Shown here in pieces: positions 46,989-56,575 of a stretch of 64,000 nt of DNA (position 1 is its first letter; every line of letters starts with the position of its first letter). Origin of the DNA: Gemmatimonadota bacterium. Lineage in GTDB: Bacteria; Gemmatimonadota; Gemmatimonadetes; Palauibacterales; Palauibacteraceae. Where the stretch lies: positions 3,456,001 through 3,520,000 of the forward strand of contig OZ220691.1 in the NCBI GenBank assembly GCA_965116475.1, read 5' to 3'. The position numbers and the translations under genes are program-made. The notes beneath the pieces are model-generated. The model searched no databases. It saw only the letters and a program-made list of their open reading frames with translations, and was not told the DNA's origin.

Positions 46989-48547
46989 GCGAGCGGCGTC
47001 CGGTCTTTTCCACGACGAGCGGCATCGAAGTCGACCCGGTCTACCGCGCGGGCGAGGCGAGACCGGAACCGGCGCTGCCCGGCGAGTTCCCCTACACGCG
47101 CGGCGTGTACCCCACGATGTACCGGGGGCGGCTGTGGACGATGCGCCAGTACGCCGGCTTCGGCACGGCGGCGGCGACGAACGCCCGTTTCCGCTATCTG
47201 CTGGAATCCGGGCAGACGGGCCTTTCCGTGGCCTTCGACCTTCCGACCCAGATGGGGTACGACTCCGACGACGCCAGGGTGCGGGGGGAAGTCGGACGGG
47301 TCGGCGTCGCGATCGATTCGATCGAGGACATGCACCGCCTGTTCGACGAGATTCCGCTCGAGCGCGTATCGACGGCCATGACGATCAACGCCACCGCGCC
47401 CGTGCTCCTCGCGATGTACGCGGGCGCGGCCCGGGAACGGGGGATCGACCCGGCGGTCCTCCGGGGCACGGTCCAGAACGATGTGCTGAAAGAGTTCATC
47501 GCGCGCGGGACGTACATCTATCCGGTGGAGCCCAGCGTTCGGTTCGTGACGGACGTGTTCGACTTCTGCGCCCGGGAGATGCCGCGCTGGCGCTCGATCT
47601 CCATCAGCGGGTATCACATCCGCGAAGCCGGGGCGACGGCGGCCCAGGAGCTGGCCTTTACGATCGCCAACGGGCTCGAATACGTGCGCCGCGCTACCGC
47701 CCGCGGGCTGAAGATCGACGACTTCGCTCCCGGGCTCAGCTTCTTCTTCTCCGCCGACCGGCTGTTCTTCGAGGAGGTGGCCAAGTTCCGCGCGGCCCGC
47801 CGCATGTGGGCCCGGCTCATGCGGGACCGTTTCGGGGCCGCGGAGGAGAGTTGCCGGCTGAAGTTCCATACCCAGACGTCGGGGGCGGCGCTGACGGCCC
47901 AGCAGCCGCTGAACAACGTCGTGCGCGTCGCGGTCCAGGCGCTTTCCGCCGTCCTCGGGGGGACGCAGTCGCTGCACACGAACAGCTACGACGAAGCGCT
48001 ATCGCTTCCCGGGGCGGACGCCGCCCGGCTCGCGCTCCGGACGCAGCAGGTCCTCGCCGCCGAGACGGGCGTCGGGGACACCGTCGATCCTCTGGGGGGC
48101 TCCTGGTTCGTGGAGTCGCTCACGGACGACCTCGAGGCGCGCGCCGCGGCATACCTCGCGCGCATCGAGGAACTGGGCGGCCCCGTCCAGGCGATCGACT
48201 ACATGCGGGAGGAGATCCACCTCGCCGCCCGCCGGCACCAGGAGGCGGTCGAGAGAGGTGAACTCGAAGTCGTCGGCGTGAACGTGCACGCGGACGCCGA
48301 CCCGGTCGAGATGCCGAAGGCGCCGGATTTCGCCCGCCTGGCGGATGAACAGCGCGGGCGGCTCGCGCGGCTCAGGGCGGAAAGGGACAGCGCGGGCGTG
48401 GAGGCGTCGCTGGCGGAGATCCGGCGGGCGGCGGCCGGAGATGCTAACCTCCTGCCCGTTCTGATCGACGCCGTCCGGCGCCGCGCGACGCTGGGCGAGA
48501 TCAGCCATGCGCTGCGCGATGTGTGGGGGGAGTACCGTCCCGGCTGA
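46985..48547 (+). CDS. Methylmalonyl-CoA mutase, substrate-binding subunit (no B12 domain)
   Basis: PGEFPYTRG, WTMRQYAGF, GLSVAFDL, QNDVLKEFIARG, SISGYH, QSLHTNSYDEA, ATLGEI; ends without DxHxxG. Confidence 0.92.
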   Translation: MSERRPVFSTTSGIEVDPVYRAGEARPEPALPGEFPYTRGVYPTMYRGRLWTMRQYAGFGTAAATNARFRYLLESGQTGLSVAFDLPTQMGYDSDDARVRGEVGRVGVAIDSIEDMHRLFDEIPLERVSTAMTINATAPVLLAMYAGAARERGIDPAVLRGTVQNDVLKEFIARGTYIYPVEPSVRFVTDVFDFCAREMPRWRSISISGYHIREAGATAAQELAFTIANGLEYVRRATARGLKIDDFAPGLSFFFSADRLFFEEVAKFRAARRMWARLMRDRFGAAEESCRLKFHTQTSGAALTAQQPLNNVVRVAVQALSAVLGGTQSLHTNSYDEALSLPGADAARLALRTQQVLAAETGVGDTVDPLGGSWFVESLTDDLEARAAAYLARIEELGGPVQAIDYMREEIHLAARRHQEAVERGELEVVGVNVHADADPVEMPKAPDFARLADEQRGRLARLRAERDSAGVEASLAEIRRAAAGDANLLPVLIDAVRRRATLGEISHALRDVWGEYRPG

Positions 48548-48592
48548 CCGCGGGCGGCGTCACGCGTTTCACGGATTCATCCGGGGGCAGGT

Positions 48593-48907
48593 GTGCCAAC
48601 GTACGAATACAGATGTCGCGGTTGCCGACACGATTTCGAGCGGTTCCAGCGCATGTCGGACGCCCCGGTCCGCGTCTGTCCGTCGTGCGGGGAACAGCAG
48701 GTGAAGCGGCTGATCTCGACCGGTGGCGGCATCGTCTTCAAGGGTCCCGGTTTCTACGCGACCGACTACCGGCAGCCGGCCGCTGATGGCGGGAAGTCCG
48801 GCGCGGCGGAGGCGTCGGACGATGACTCGTCTCCTGCGCGGGGCGGCGCCTCGTCTACGACGGATGCCGCTTCAGCAGGGTCATCGGAAAGCGGCTCCGA
48901 CTCTTGA
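48593..48907 (+). CDS. FmdB-family zinc ribbon protein
   Basis: MPTYEYRCRGC...CPSC...FKGPGFYATDY. Confidence 0.93.
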   Translation: MPTYEYRCRGCRHDFERFQRMSDAPVRVCPSCGEQQVKRLISTGGGIVFKGPGFYATDYRQPAADGGKSGAAEASDDDSSPARGGASSTTDAASAGSSESGSDS

Positions 48908-50592
48908 CGGGGGATGCCGGTCCGGCCCGGCTCGCCGCGGCGCTCGAATCCGCCCTGTCCGCCGTCGGGGCACCGGAGGGCTTCTCCCCGGAACTGGAGC
49001 GGCCGCGCGATCCGACGCACGGAGACTGGGCATCCAACGCGGCGCTCGTGCTCGCGAAGACGCTGGGCCAGCCTCCCCGGGCGCTCGCGGAGCGCGTCTG
49101 CGAACTCATCGACGCCGCGGCCGCCGGCATCTCGGCGGTGGAAGTCGCGGGCCCCGGGTTCCTGAACTTCCGGCTCTCCGGCCGATCCATCTGGCGGCGG
49201 CTGGCGGAGGTCATCGAGGCGGGCCGCGACTGGGGGCGGACGCGGGCCTCCCCGGCGCTCCGCGTCAACGTGGAGTTCGTTTCCGCCAATCCGACGGGGC
49301 CGCTGCATGTGGCCCACGGGCGCGGCGCGGCGCTCGGCGACGCCGTCGCCTCGTTGCTGGAATGGGCCGGACACGAAGTGACTCGTGAGTTCTACGTGAA
49401 CGACGCCGGGCGGCAGATCGAACTCCTCGGCGAATCCGTCGAAGCCCGCTACGAGGAGACGGCCGGCCGGCCCGCCGCCATTCCCGAAGGCGGATATCAC
49501 GGCGAGTACGTCCGCGATGTGGCGCTGGCGATCCGCGACGCCGCCGGCCCGGAGGTTCTCGCCTCGCTCGCGCCGGGCGAGCGGCGCGCGCATTTCCGGC
49601 GCGAAGCCGTGCGCCTGCTCCGCGAGGAACAGGCGGAGGACCTGTCGCGCTTCGGCGTCGACATGGATCTGTACTACTCCGAACGCTCGCTCTACGAGTC
49701 CGGTGCCGTCGACCGCCTGCTCGAGGCGCTCGAGGCCGGCGACCTGATCTACCGCTCGGAGGGAGCGACCTGGCTTCGGACGTCGAATCTGGGCGACGAG
49801 AAGGACCGGGTCCTCATCAAGAGCGACGGCTCCTTCACCTACTTTCTGCCGGACCTCGCCTATCACCTCGACAAGGCGAGGCGCGGCTTCGAACTCGCGA
49901 TCGACGTCTGGGGCGCGGATCATCAGGGCCACGAGAAGCGCATGCTGGCGGCCCTGCGCGGACTGTCGCACCCTGACCTGCTCGAGGTCCTGATCATCCA
50001 GCTCGTCACGGTGCTGCGCGACGGGAAGGAAGTCCGGATGAGCAAGCGCGCCGGGCGCTTCGTAACGCTGGGCGAACTCGTCGACGAAACGGGGCCGGAT
50101 GTGGCGCGGTACTTTTTCCTCATGCGCCGGGCGGAGGTCCATCTCAATTTCGATCTCGACCTCGCGCTGGACACGTCGGACGCGAATCCGGTCTTCAAGG
50201 TCCAATACGCGCATGCACGCATGTGCAGCGTATTCCGCAAGGCCGGCATCGCCGCGGAACAGGTGCCGGCCGCGCTCGACGTCCCGGACACCTTCGGCAC
50301 TCCCCCGGAGCGCGAGGTCGCCCTGTCCGTCATACGGCTTCCGGAGGTCATCGCGACCGCCGCGGCGGGCCGGGCTCCGCACCTGGTCTGCGCCTACCTC
50401 GAGGAGACGGCGGGGCTCGTGAACGCCTGGTACCACCAAGGCAACCTGGACCCGGCGCAGAGGATCCTGGCCGAGGTGCCGGAACGGGCCGCGAGAATCC
50501 GGCTCGCGCGCGCGGTCCAGCTCACGCTGCGCAACGGGCTGCGGGCCCTCGGCCTCTCGGCGCCCGAGACCATGATCCGGGAGGCGACGTGA
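48904..50592 (+). CDS. argS: Arginyl-tRNA synthetase
   Basis: HGDWASN, AGPGFLN, EFVSANPTGPLHVAHGR, GADH, MSKRAG, QYAHAR. Confidence 0.97.
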   Translation: MTGDAGPARLAAALESALSAVGAPEGFSPELERPRDPTHGDWASNAALVLAKTLGQPPRALAERVCELIDAAAAGISAVEVAGPGFLNFRLSGRSIWRRLAEVIEAGRDWGRTRASPALRVNVEFVSANPTGPLHVAHGRGAALGDAVASLLEWAGHEVTREFYVNDAGRQIELLGESVEARYEETAGRPAAIPEGGYHGEYVRDVALAIRDAAGPEVLASLAPGERRAHFRREAVRLLREEQAEDLSRFGVDMDLYYSERSLYESGAVDRLLEALEAGDLIYRSEGATWLRTSNLGDEKDRVLIKSDGSFTYFLPDLAYHLDKARRGFELAIDVWGADHQGHEKRMLAALRGLSHPDLLEVLIIQLVTVLRDGKEVRMSKRAGRFVTLGELVDETGPDVARYFFLMRRAEVHLNFDLDLALDTSDANPVFKVQYAHARMCSVFRKAGIAAEQVPAALDVPDTFGTPPEREVALSVIRLPEVIATAAAGRAPHLVCAYLEETAGLVNAWYHQGNLDPAQRILAEVPERAARIRLARAVQLTLRNGLRALGLSAPETMIREAT

Positions 50593-51545
50593 GGCACGGT
50601 GCCCCCGTGGAGGAGGATGCCCGGGCTCCGGCGACGCCGATTCTCGTTGTGGGCAGCGTCGCCCTCGATGAGATTTCGACCCCCGCCGGACACCGGGAGG
50701 GCGTGGTCGGCGGGACGGCGGTCAACTTCAGCGCCGCGGCGTCCCTGCTCGCGCCCGTCCAGCTCGTGGGAGTCATCGGCGATGACTATCCGACGGAGGA
50801 ACTCGACTTCCTTCGCCGCAGGGGCGCGGACCTGTCGGGGCTCGAGCAGCGGCCCGGCCGGAGCTTCCGGTGGGGCGGCTTCTATCACCGCGACATGAAT
50901 ACGCGGGACACGACGTTCACCGAACTGGGCGTCTTCGCGGATTTCCATCCGACGATTCCCGACGCGTTCCGCAGCGCGCCCTGGGCCTTTCTGGGCGCCA
51001 TCGACCCCGCCCTTCAACTCGAGGTGCTGGACCAGATCGAGTCGCCCGTGCTCACGGCGTGCGACACGATGAACTACTGGATCGAGGGGACGCCGGAGCG
51101 CCTCGCCGAAGTCATCGCGAAGATCGACCTCATCACGCTGAACGACGAGGAGGCGAAGCAGCTGTCCGGGGAGCACAACCTGGCCCGGGCCGCGCGCTGG
51201 ATTCAGAGCCGGGGCCCGCGCCACGTCGTGATCAAGAAGGGAGAACACGGAGCCGTGCTGCTCACGGGCGACGGCTTCTTCCTCACCCCGGGCTTTCCGC
51301 TCGAAGATGTGGTCGACCCCACCGGGGCCGGCGATGCGTTCGCGGGCGGCCTGCTCGGGTATCTGGCGCGCTGCGGTTCGATCTCGGGACCGACGTTGAG
51401 GCGCGCCGTCGTGTACGGCTGCGCCCTCGGTTCCTTCGCATGCGAAGCCTTCGGGGCGCGCCGCATGGTGACGCTCACCATGGCCGAAGTGGAGGACCGC
51501 GTGCGAAGCTTCGGGACGCTCACGAGATTCGATGTTCCAGGGTAA
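50589..51545 (+). CDS. PfkB-family carbohydrate/nucleoside kinase
   Basis: LVVGSVALD, DTMNYWI, KKGEHG, DPTGAGDAFAGG. Confidence 0.9.
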   Translation: MRHGAPVEEDARAPATPILVVGSVALDEISTPAGHREGVVGGTAVNFSAAASLLAPVQLVGVIGDDYPTEELDFLRRRGADLSGLEQRPGRSFRWGGFYHRDMNTRDTTFTELGVFADFHPTIPDAFRSAPWAFLGAIDPALQLEVLDQIESPVLTACDTMNYWIEGTPERLAEVIAKIDLITLNDEEAKQLSGEHNLARAARWIQSRGPRHVVIKKGEHGAVLLTGDGFFLTPGFPLEDVVDPTGAGDAFAGGLLGYLARCGSISGPTLRRAVVYGCALGSFACEAFGARRMVTLTMAEVEDRVRSFGTLTRFDVPG

Positions 51546-51559
51546 GGCGTGAAGGAGAT

Positions 51560-52585
51560 ATGAGCGACGGATTGACGTACCGGGACGCGGGCGTGGACCT
51601 CGAGGCGGCGCGCGCGACGAAGGCCCGGATCTCCCGGCTGGTCCAGGGGACCCGGACCGATGCGGTGAGTTCCGACTTCGGCTCGTTCGGAGGGCGGTTC
51701 CGGGCGACCCCGGGCCGGGAACTCGTGGCGAGCGCCGATGGCGTCGGGACAAAGCTGAAGATCGCCTTCATGGCGGACCGGCACGACACGGTAGGCGCCG
51801 ATCTCGTGAACCACTGTGTGAACGACATCCTCGTTGAAGGCGCCCGGCCTCTGATCTTCATGGACTATGTCGCCTGCGGCGTGCTGGACCCGGACACCGT
51901 GACGAGCGTCGTGTCGGGACTCGCCGACGCCTGTCGCGCGAACGGCTGCGCGCTGCTCGGGGGAGAGACCGCGGAGATGCCGGATTTCTATGCGCCGGGG
52001 GAATACGACCTCGCCGGGTTCGTGGTGGGCGAGATCGTCTACCCGGAGCTGTCCCGCAGAGATCTGGAGCCGGGGGACCATCTCGTCGGGCTCGCATCGA
52101 GCGGCATCCACACGAACGGCTACAGCTTCGTGCGCGCCCTCTTCTTCGACCGTCTCGGACTCGGGGCCCACGACGCCTTCCCGGGCGCCGAAGGTTCTGT
52201 GTCGGACATCCTCCTGCGCCCTCACCGGAGTTACCTGCCGATCCTGGAGCGCAGCCTCGAAGCAGGCCGCGTGCGGGCGCTGGCGCACATCACGGGGGGC
52301 GGGATCCCGGGGAACGTGGACCGGGTCATCGGACCGGATCTCGATGCGGTGGTGCGCACCGACCGCTGGGCGCGCCCGCACGAGTTCGACGTCATCGCGC
52401 GCGAAAGCGGGGCGGACGAGGCGGAGCTCTTCTCCACCTTCAACATGGGCGTGGGGATGGTCGCGGTCGTGCGCGGGGGGGAGGCCGGACGGGTGCTCGA
52501 CGAGATTCGCGACGCCGGCTGCGAGGCGTTCATATGCGGCGAACTCGTCGCGGGCAGCGGCAAGGTGCACCTGGAGGGTTCGTGA
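51560..52585 (+). CDS. purM: AIR synthetase
   Basis: TYRDAGVD, DGVGTK, GGETAEMP, SSGIHTNGYS, HITGGG, TFNMGVG; AAGGAG RBS. Confidence 0.97.
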   Translation: MSDGLTYRDAGVDLEAARATKARISRLVQGTRTDAVSSDFGSFGGRFRATPGRELVASADGVGTKLKIAFMADRHDTVGADLVNHCVNDILVEGARPLIFMDYVACGVLDPDTVTSVVSGLADACRANGCALLGGETAEMPDFYAPGEYDLAGFVVGEIVYPELSRRDLEPGDHLVGLASSGIHTNGYSFVRALFFDRLGLGAHDAFPGAEGSVSDILLRPHRSYLPILERSLEAGRVRALAHITGGGIPGNVDRVIGPDLDAVVRTDRWARPHEFDVIARESGADEAELFSTFNMGVGMVAVVRGGEAGRVLDEIRDAGCEAFICGELVAGSGKVHLEGS

Positions 52586-53742
52586 CGGCGCGGGGATTCG
52601 ACCCCATCGCCGGGGCGCCGCCGAGCCGCACCGAGGACCTGCGGCACATGCGCGAGGCGCTGGCGGTGGCGCCGCGCGGGCAGGGCCGCGTGTCGCCGAA
52701 TCCGCTCGTGGGCGCCGTCGTGGCCCGGGGGAACCAGGTCTTCGGCACGGGGTGGCACGCGGAATACGGCGGCGATCATGCGGAAGTCATGGCGCTGCGG
52801 GAGGCCGGGCCGCGGGCGGCGGGCGCAACGCTGTACGTCACGCTCGAGCCGTGCCGCCACGAGGGGCAGACGCCCCCGTGCACCGCCGCCATCATCCGCT
52901 CCGGTGTGCGGCGCGTCGTGATCGCCTGCCGGGACCCCAATCCGGAGGCGCGCCATGGGGCGGAGGAGCTGCGGCAGGCCGGCCTGGACGTCGAAATCGG
53001 CATCGAGGAGAACGCCGCGAAACGGCTGAACGCGGCCTTCCTCTGGTTTCACCGGCGGTGGGTGCCCTTCGCCTCGCTCAAACTCGCGCTCTCCCTCGAC
53101 GCGAAGCTGGGAGAGGAGAGCGTTCGCACGCCGGTGACCGGCATACGGGCGCTCGACGAGGTCCACCGCCTTCGCTCCTGCAACGATGCGATCCTGATCG
53201 GTTCGAACACGATCGAGATCGACGATCCCCTGCTGACGGCCCGCGGCGAGGTCGTGCCGCGCGTACCGCCGATACGGGCGGTCCTGGACACCACGCTCCG
53301 GCTCCGAACGTCGAGTCAACTCGTGCGCACGGCCTCCCAGGCGCCCGTATGGGCCTTCGCCGACCCCGAGTCGGACGGCTTCGAGGAGCGCGCGGGCCCG
53401 CTCCGCGATGCGGGCGTGGAAGTGATCGGAGTGCCGCCGAGCGAGGACCACAGGCTCGATCTGGGCGCCGTCTGGAACGAAATGGCCATCCGCGGCGTGC
53501 TCTCGGTGCTCGTCGAGGGCGGAGGGCAGGTCGCCGCGTCGTTGCTGCGCGACGGGCACATCCAGCGGATCCATGCCTTCATCGCCCCCATGTTCTACGG
53601 GCGGGATGGCGTGCCGGCCTTTCCGGGTCTCGAGCCTTCGACGCCTGGCGACTGGCTGGCCGTGCAGCGAGAATCGCTGGGACAGGACACGCATGTCGTG
53701 TTCGAGCACCGCCAGCTCCAGGAAACCCTGGACAACCTCTGA
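52582..53742 (+). CDS. ribD: Bifunctional riboflavin deaminase/reductase
   Basis: SPNPLVGAV, HAE, TLEPCRHEGQTPPC, KLALSLD, DDPLLT, VEGGG. Confidence 0.96.
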   Translation: MTARGFDPIAGAPPSRTEDLRHMREALAVAPRGQGRVSPNPLVGAVVARGNQVFGTGWHAEYGGDHAEVMALREAGPRAAGATLYVTLEPCRHEGQTPPCTAAIIRSGVRRVVIACRDPNPEARHGAEELRQAGLDVEIGIEENAAKRLNAAFLWFHRRWVPFASLKLALSLDAKLGEESVRTPVTGIRALDEVHRLRSCNDAILIGSNTIEIDDPLLTARGEVVPRVPPIRAVLDTTLRLRTSSQLVRTASQAPVWAFADPESDGFEERAGPLRDAGVEVIGVPPSEDHRLDLGAVWNEMAIRGVLSVLVEGGGQVAASLLRDGHIQRIHAFIAPMFYGRDGVPAFPGLEPSTPGDWLAVQRESLGQDTHVVFEHRQLQETLDNL

Positions 53743-53754
53743 GCGGCCGGATTC

Positions 53755-54363
53755 GTGTTCACCGGAATCATACAGGCGGTTGGCGAGGTCGCGGGCCGTG
53801 AGCGCCGAAAGACCGGGCTGCGGCTGACGATCGCCCGCGTCCCGTTTCTCGAACGGCTCCGGGACGGAGATTCGGTGTCGCTCGCGGGTGTGTGCACGAC
53901 GGTCGTTGCGCTTGGAGAGGAGACCTTCGATGTCGATGTCGTCGAGGCCACGCTGGAGCGGACGACGGTCGGGAGGTGGGGGGTCGGCGATCCCGTGAAC
54001 CTCGAGCCTGCGCTGCGCGCCGGGGATCCGCTGGGCGGGCACATGGTCCAGGGACACATCGATGGGGTGGGGACCGTGACGGCGGCCAGGTGGGAAGGCG
54101 GGTCGGGCGTGCTCGAGATCGAACTCCCGGACGGCCTCGAGGGGGTGACCGTGCCGCAGGGCTCCCTCGCGGTCGACGGCGTGAGTCTCACGGTCAACCG
54201 CTTGAGCGGGGCCATCGCGCGCTTCGCCATCATCCCATATACATGGACCCACACGACCCTGGGGCGCCTCGTGTCCGGCGCGAGCGTCAACCTCGAGGCG
54301 GACCTGATCGGCAAGCACGTGGCGCGTGCCCTCCGACCACACGCGGCCCCGGCGGACCAGTAG
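53755..54363 (+). CDS. ribE: Riboflavin synthase (alpha chain)
   Basis: MFTGII, VNLE, GGHMVQGHIDG, GSLAVDGVSLTV. Confidence 0.96.
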   Translation: MFTGIIQAVGEVAGRERRKTGLRLTIARVPFLERLRDGDSVSLAGVCTTVVALGEETFDVDVVEATLERTTVGRWGVGDPVNLEPALRAGDPLGGHMVQGHIDGVGTVTAARWEGGSGVLEIELPDGLEGVTVPQGSLAVDGVSLTVNRLSGAIARFAIIPYTWTHTTLGRLVSGASVNLEADLIGKHVARALRPHAAPADQ

Positions 54364-54375
54364 GCTTCCGTTCGA

Positions 54376-55623
54376 ATGGAAACCGGGAAAGGATCTCGGC
54401 TGGCGGACATGGCCGCAGACACGGTGGAAGCGGCGATCGCGCGTATCCGCAGCGGCGGACTCGTGATCATCGCCGACGATGAAGATCGCGAGAACGAGGG
54501 GGACCTCGTCTGCGCGGCGGCGTTGGCGACGCCCGAGACGATCAACTTCATGGCCAGGCACGCCCGGGGACTCATCTGCCTCGCGATGCCCGATGAGATG
54601 GCCGATCGCCTCGATCTCCCGCTCATGACGGACGACCGGCTGGCCGATCCCAACAAGACGGCGTTCACCGTGTCGATCGATGCCCGCCAGGACTTCGGCG
54701 TGTCGACCGGGATCTCCGCGCAGGATCGCGCCCGGACCATCCGCGTCGCCGTGGATCCCCAGACGCGTCCCACGGACCTCATGCGTCCCGGCCACATCTT
54801 TCCGCTCCGCTCCCGGCCCGGCGGCGTGCTGCAGCGCGTGGGCCAGACGGAGGCGTCCGTCGATCTCGCCCGGCTCGCCGGACTCACCCCGGCGGGCGTG
54901 ATCTGCGAGATCCTCAACGAGGATGGGACGATGGCGCGCCGTCCGGAACTCGAGAAGTTCGCGGAGGAGCATGACCTTCCCTTCATCACGGTCGCTGCCC
55001 TCGTCTCCCACCGGTTGCGCACGGAGAGTCTCGTACGGCGCGTCGCCGAAGCGGACCTGCCCACGCCGTGGGGCGATTTCCGCATCGTCGGGTACGCGAA
55101 CGAGGTGGATGGGCGCGAACACGTCGCGCTGGTGCGCGGCGACGTGGCGGGTGCGGAAGATGTCCTCGTCCGCGTGCACTCGCGTTGCCTGACGGGCGAT
55201 GTGTTCCACTCGCACCGCTGCGACTGCGGCAGCCAGCTCGACGCCGCGATGCGGATGGTCGTGGAGGCCGGCGCCGGGGTCATCGTCTATCTCGACCAGG
55301 AAGGGCGGGGGATCGGGCTCCTGAACAAGCTCCGAGCCTACGAGCTTCAGGACGAGGGTCACGACACGGTCGAGGCGAACGAGGCGCTCGGCTTCCCGCC
55401 CGACCTGCGGAACTACGGCATCGGGGCCCAGATCCTCGTGGATCTCGGACTGCACTCGATCCGCGTCCTGACGAACAATCCGAAGAAGCTCGCGGGGCTG
55501 GAGGGGTTCGGCCTCGCGATCCGCGACCGCCTGCCGCTCGAGTTCGGCGGGGTCGACGACCGGGTGGTCCGCTATCTTCGCACGAAGCGCGAGAAGCTCG
55601 GACACCTGACCGGATCCGCGTGA
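54376..55623 (+). CDS. ribBA: DHBP synthase / GTP cyclohydrolase II
   Basis: DDEDRENEGD, RPGHIFPL, RVHSRCLTGD...CDC, QEGRGIGL, TNNP. Confidence 0.97.
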   Translation: METGKGSRLADMAADTVEAAIARIRSGGLVIIADDEDRENEGDLVCAAALATPETINFMARHARGLICLAMPDEMADRLDLPLMTDDRLADPNKTAFTVSIDARQDFGVSTGISAQDRARTIRVAVDPQTRPTDLMRPGHIFPLRSRPGGVLQRVGQTEASVDLARLAGLTPAGVICEILNEDGTMARRPELEKFAEEHDLPFITVAALVSHRLRTESLVRRVAEADLPTPWGDFRIVGYANEVDGREHVALVRGDVAGAEDVLVRVHSRCLTGDVFHSHRCDCGSQLDAAMRMVVEAGAGVIVYLDQEGRGIGLLNKLRAYELQDEGHDTVEANEALGFPPDLRNYGIGAQILVDLGLHSIRVLTNNPKKLAGLEGFGLAIRDRLPLEFGGVDDRVVRYLRTKREKLGHLTGSA

Positions 55624-56144
55624 GAAGCGGGTCGGAACCTCCTCGCGGCGACGGCCCGGACGGCTTCACGCGCGGGCGTCTGAAGGAGTACGAGGGCGTG
55701 GCTTCGGGGAGCGGCCGGACGGTATGCATTCTCGTCAGCCGGTTCAACTCCCGGGTCACCGACCGCCTGCTGGAAGGCGCCGCGCGGACGGCGCTCGAAT
55801 GCGGCGTGGCCGAGGAGGATGTCGATATCGTGTACGTCCCCGGCGCCTGGGAACTGCCGCTCGCCGCGCGGCGAGCCGCCGCGCGCGGATACGCCGCCAT
55901 CGTCGCGCTGGGCTGCGTGATTCGCGGGGAAACCGCGCACTTCGACCACGTCAGCCGCGCGGCCACCGACGGCCTCGCAAGGGTACAGCTCGACGCGGGC
56001 GTGCCGGTCGGTCTCGGCGTGCTCACCCCGGACACGGTGGAGCAGGCACTCGCGCGGGCCGGCGGCGAACTCGGCAACGCCGGTGCGGAGGCCGCCCGCG
56101 CCGCGCTCCGCATGGCCGACCTCCACGAACGGCTGGGCGCGTGA
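55620..56144 (+). CDS. ribH: Lumazine synthase
   Basis: SRFNS, VPGAWELP, LGCVIRGETAHF; start GTG 55620 or CTG 55680. Confidence 0.95.
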   Translation: MRSGSEPPRGDGPDGFTRGRLKEYEGVASGSGRTVCILVSRFNSRVTDRLLEGAARTALECGVAEEDVDIVYVPGAWELPLAARRAAARGYAAIVALGCVIRGETAHFDHVSRAATDGLARVQLDAGVPVGLGVLTPDTVEQALARAGGELGNAGAEAARAALRMADLHERLGA

Positions 56145-56575
56145 CGCCGACCGCCCGGACGCACGTACATTCGCGGGCCCGCAGCTGGGCGTTGAACTTC
56201 CTCTATGCGTGGGAAGTGGGCGGAGAGGGCACGCCGCTCGAACACGCGGCGCAGAGCCTCGTCCACCGCCGCATGTCCAAACGTTACCGCCCGCACGTCC
56301 GGCGTCTGCTCGAGACCGCGGGCCGCCATCTGGACGAGATCGACGCGACGATCGCTCATCACGCCTCCAACTGGCGGATCGAGCGCCTGCACGCCATCGA
56401 TCGCAACATCCTGCGAATCGGGATCGCGGAACTGCTGTGGTTCGAAGACGTGCCGCCGAAGGTCGCGATTCACGAAGCCCTGAAACTGGCGCGCCGGTAC
56501 GGCAGTCCCGGCAGTCCGCGCTTTCTCAACGGCGTGCTCGACGCGGTGCTGAAGGCCCGGGAGGCCGGGTCCTGA
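56141..56575 (+). CDS. nusB: Transcription antitermination factor NusB
   Basis: NWRIERL, DRNILR, VPPKVAIHEA, FLNGVLD. Confidence 0.95.
   Translation: MTPTARTHVHSRARSWALNFLYAWEVGGEGTPLEHAAQSLVHRRMSKRYRPHVRRLLETAGRHLDEIDATIAHHASNWRIERLHAIDRNILRIGIAELLWFEDVPPKVAIHEALKLARRYGSPGSPRFLNGVLDAVLKAREAGS

Noticed and set aside
51546..52600. FMN riboswitch for the rib operon
   Set aside because: ribD overlaps purM directly; no intergenic room and no RFN consensus
44852..55605. Very long antisense ORFs (e.g. 44852-47977, 52231-55605; also 17947-20970, 14362-16821)
   Set aside because: Shadow frames of well-supported genes in high-GC DNA; no recognisable motifs, Arg/Pro-biased translations
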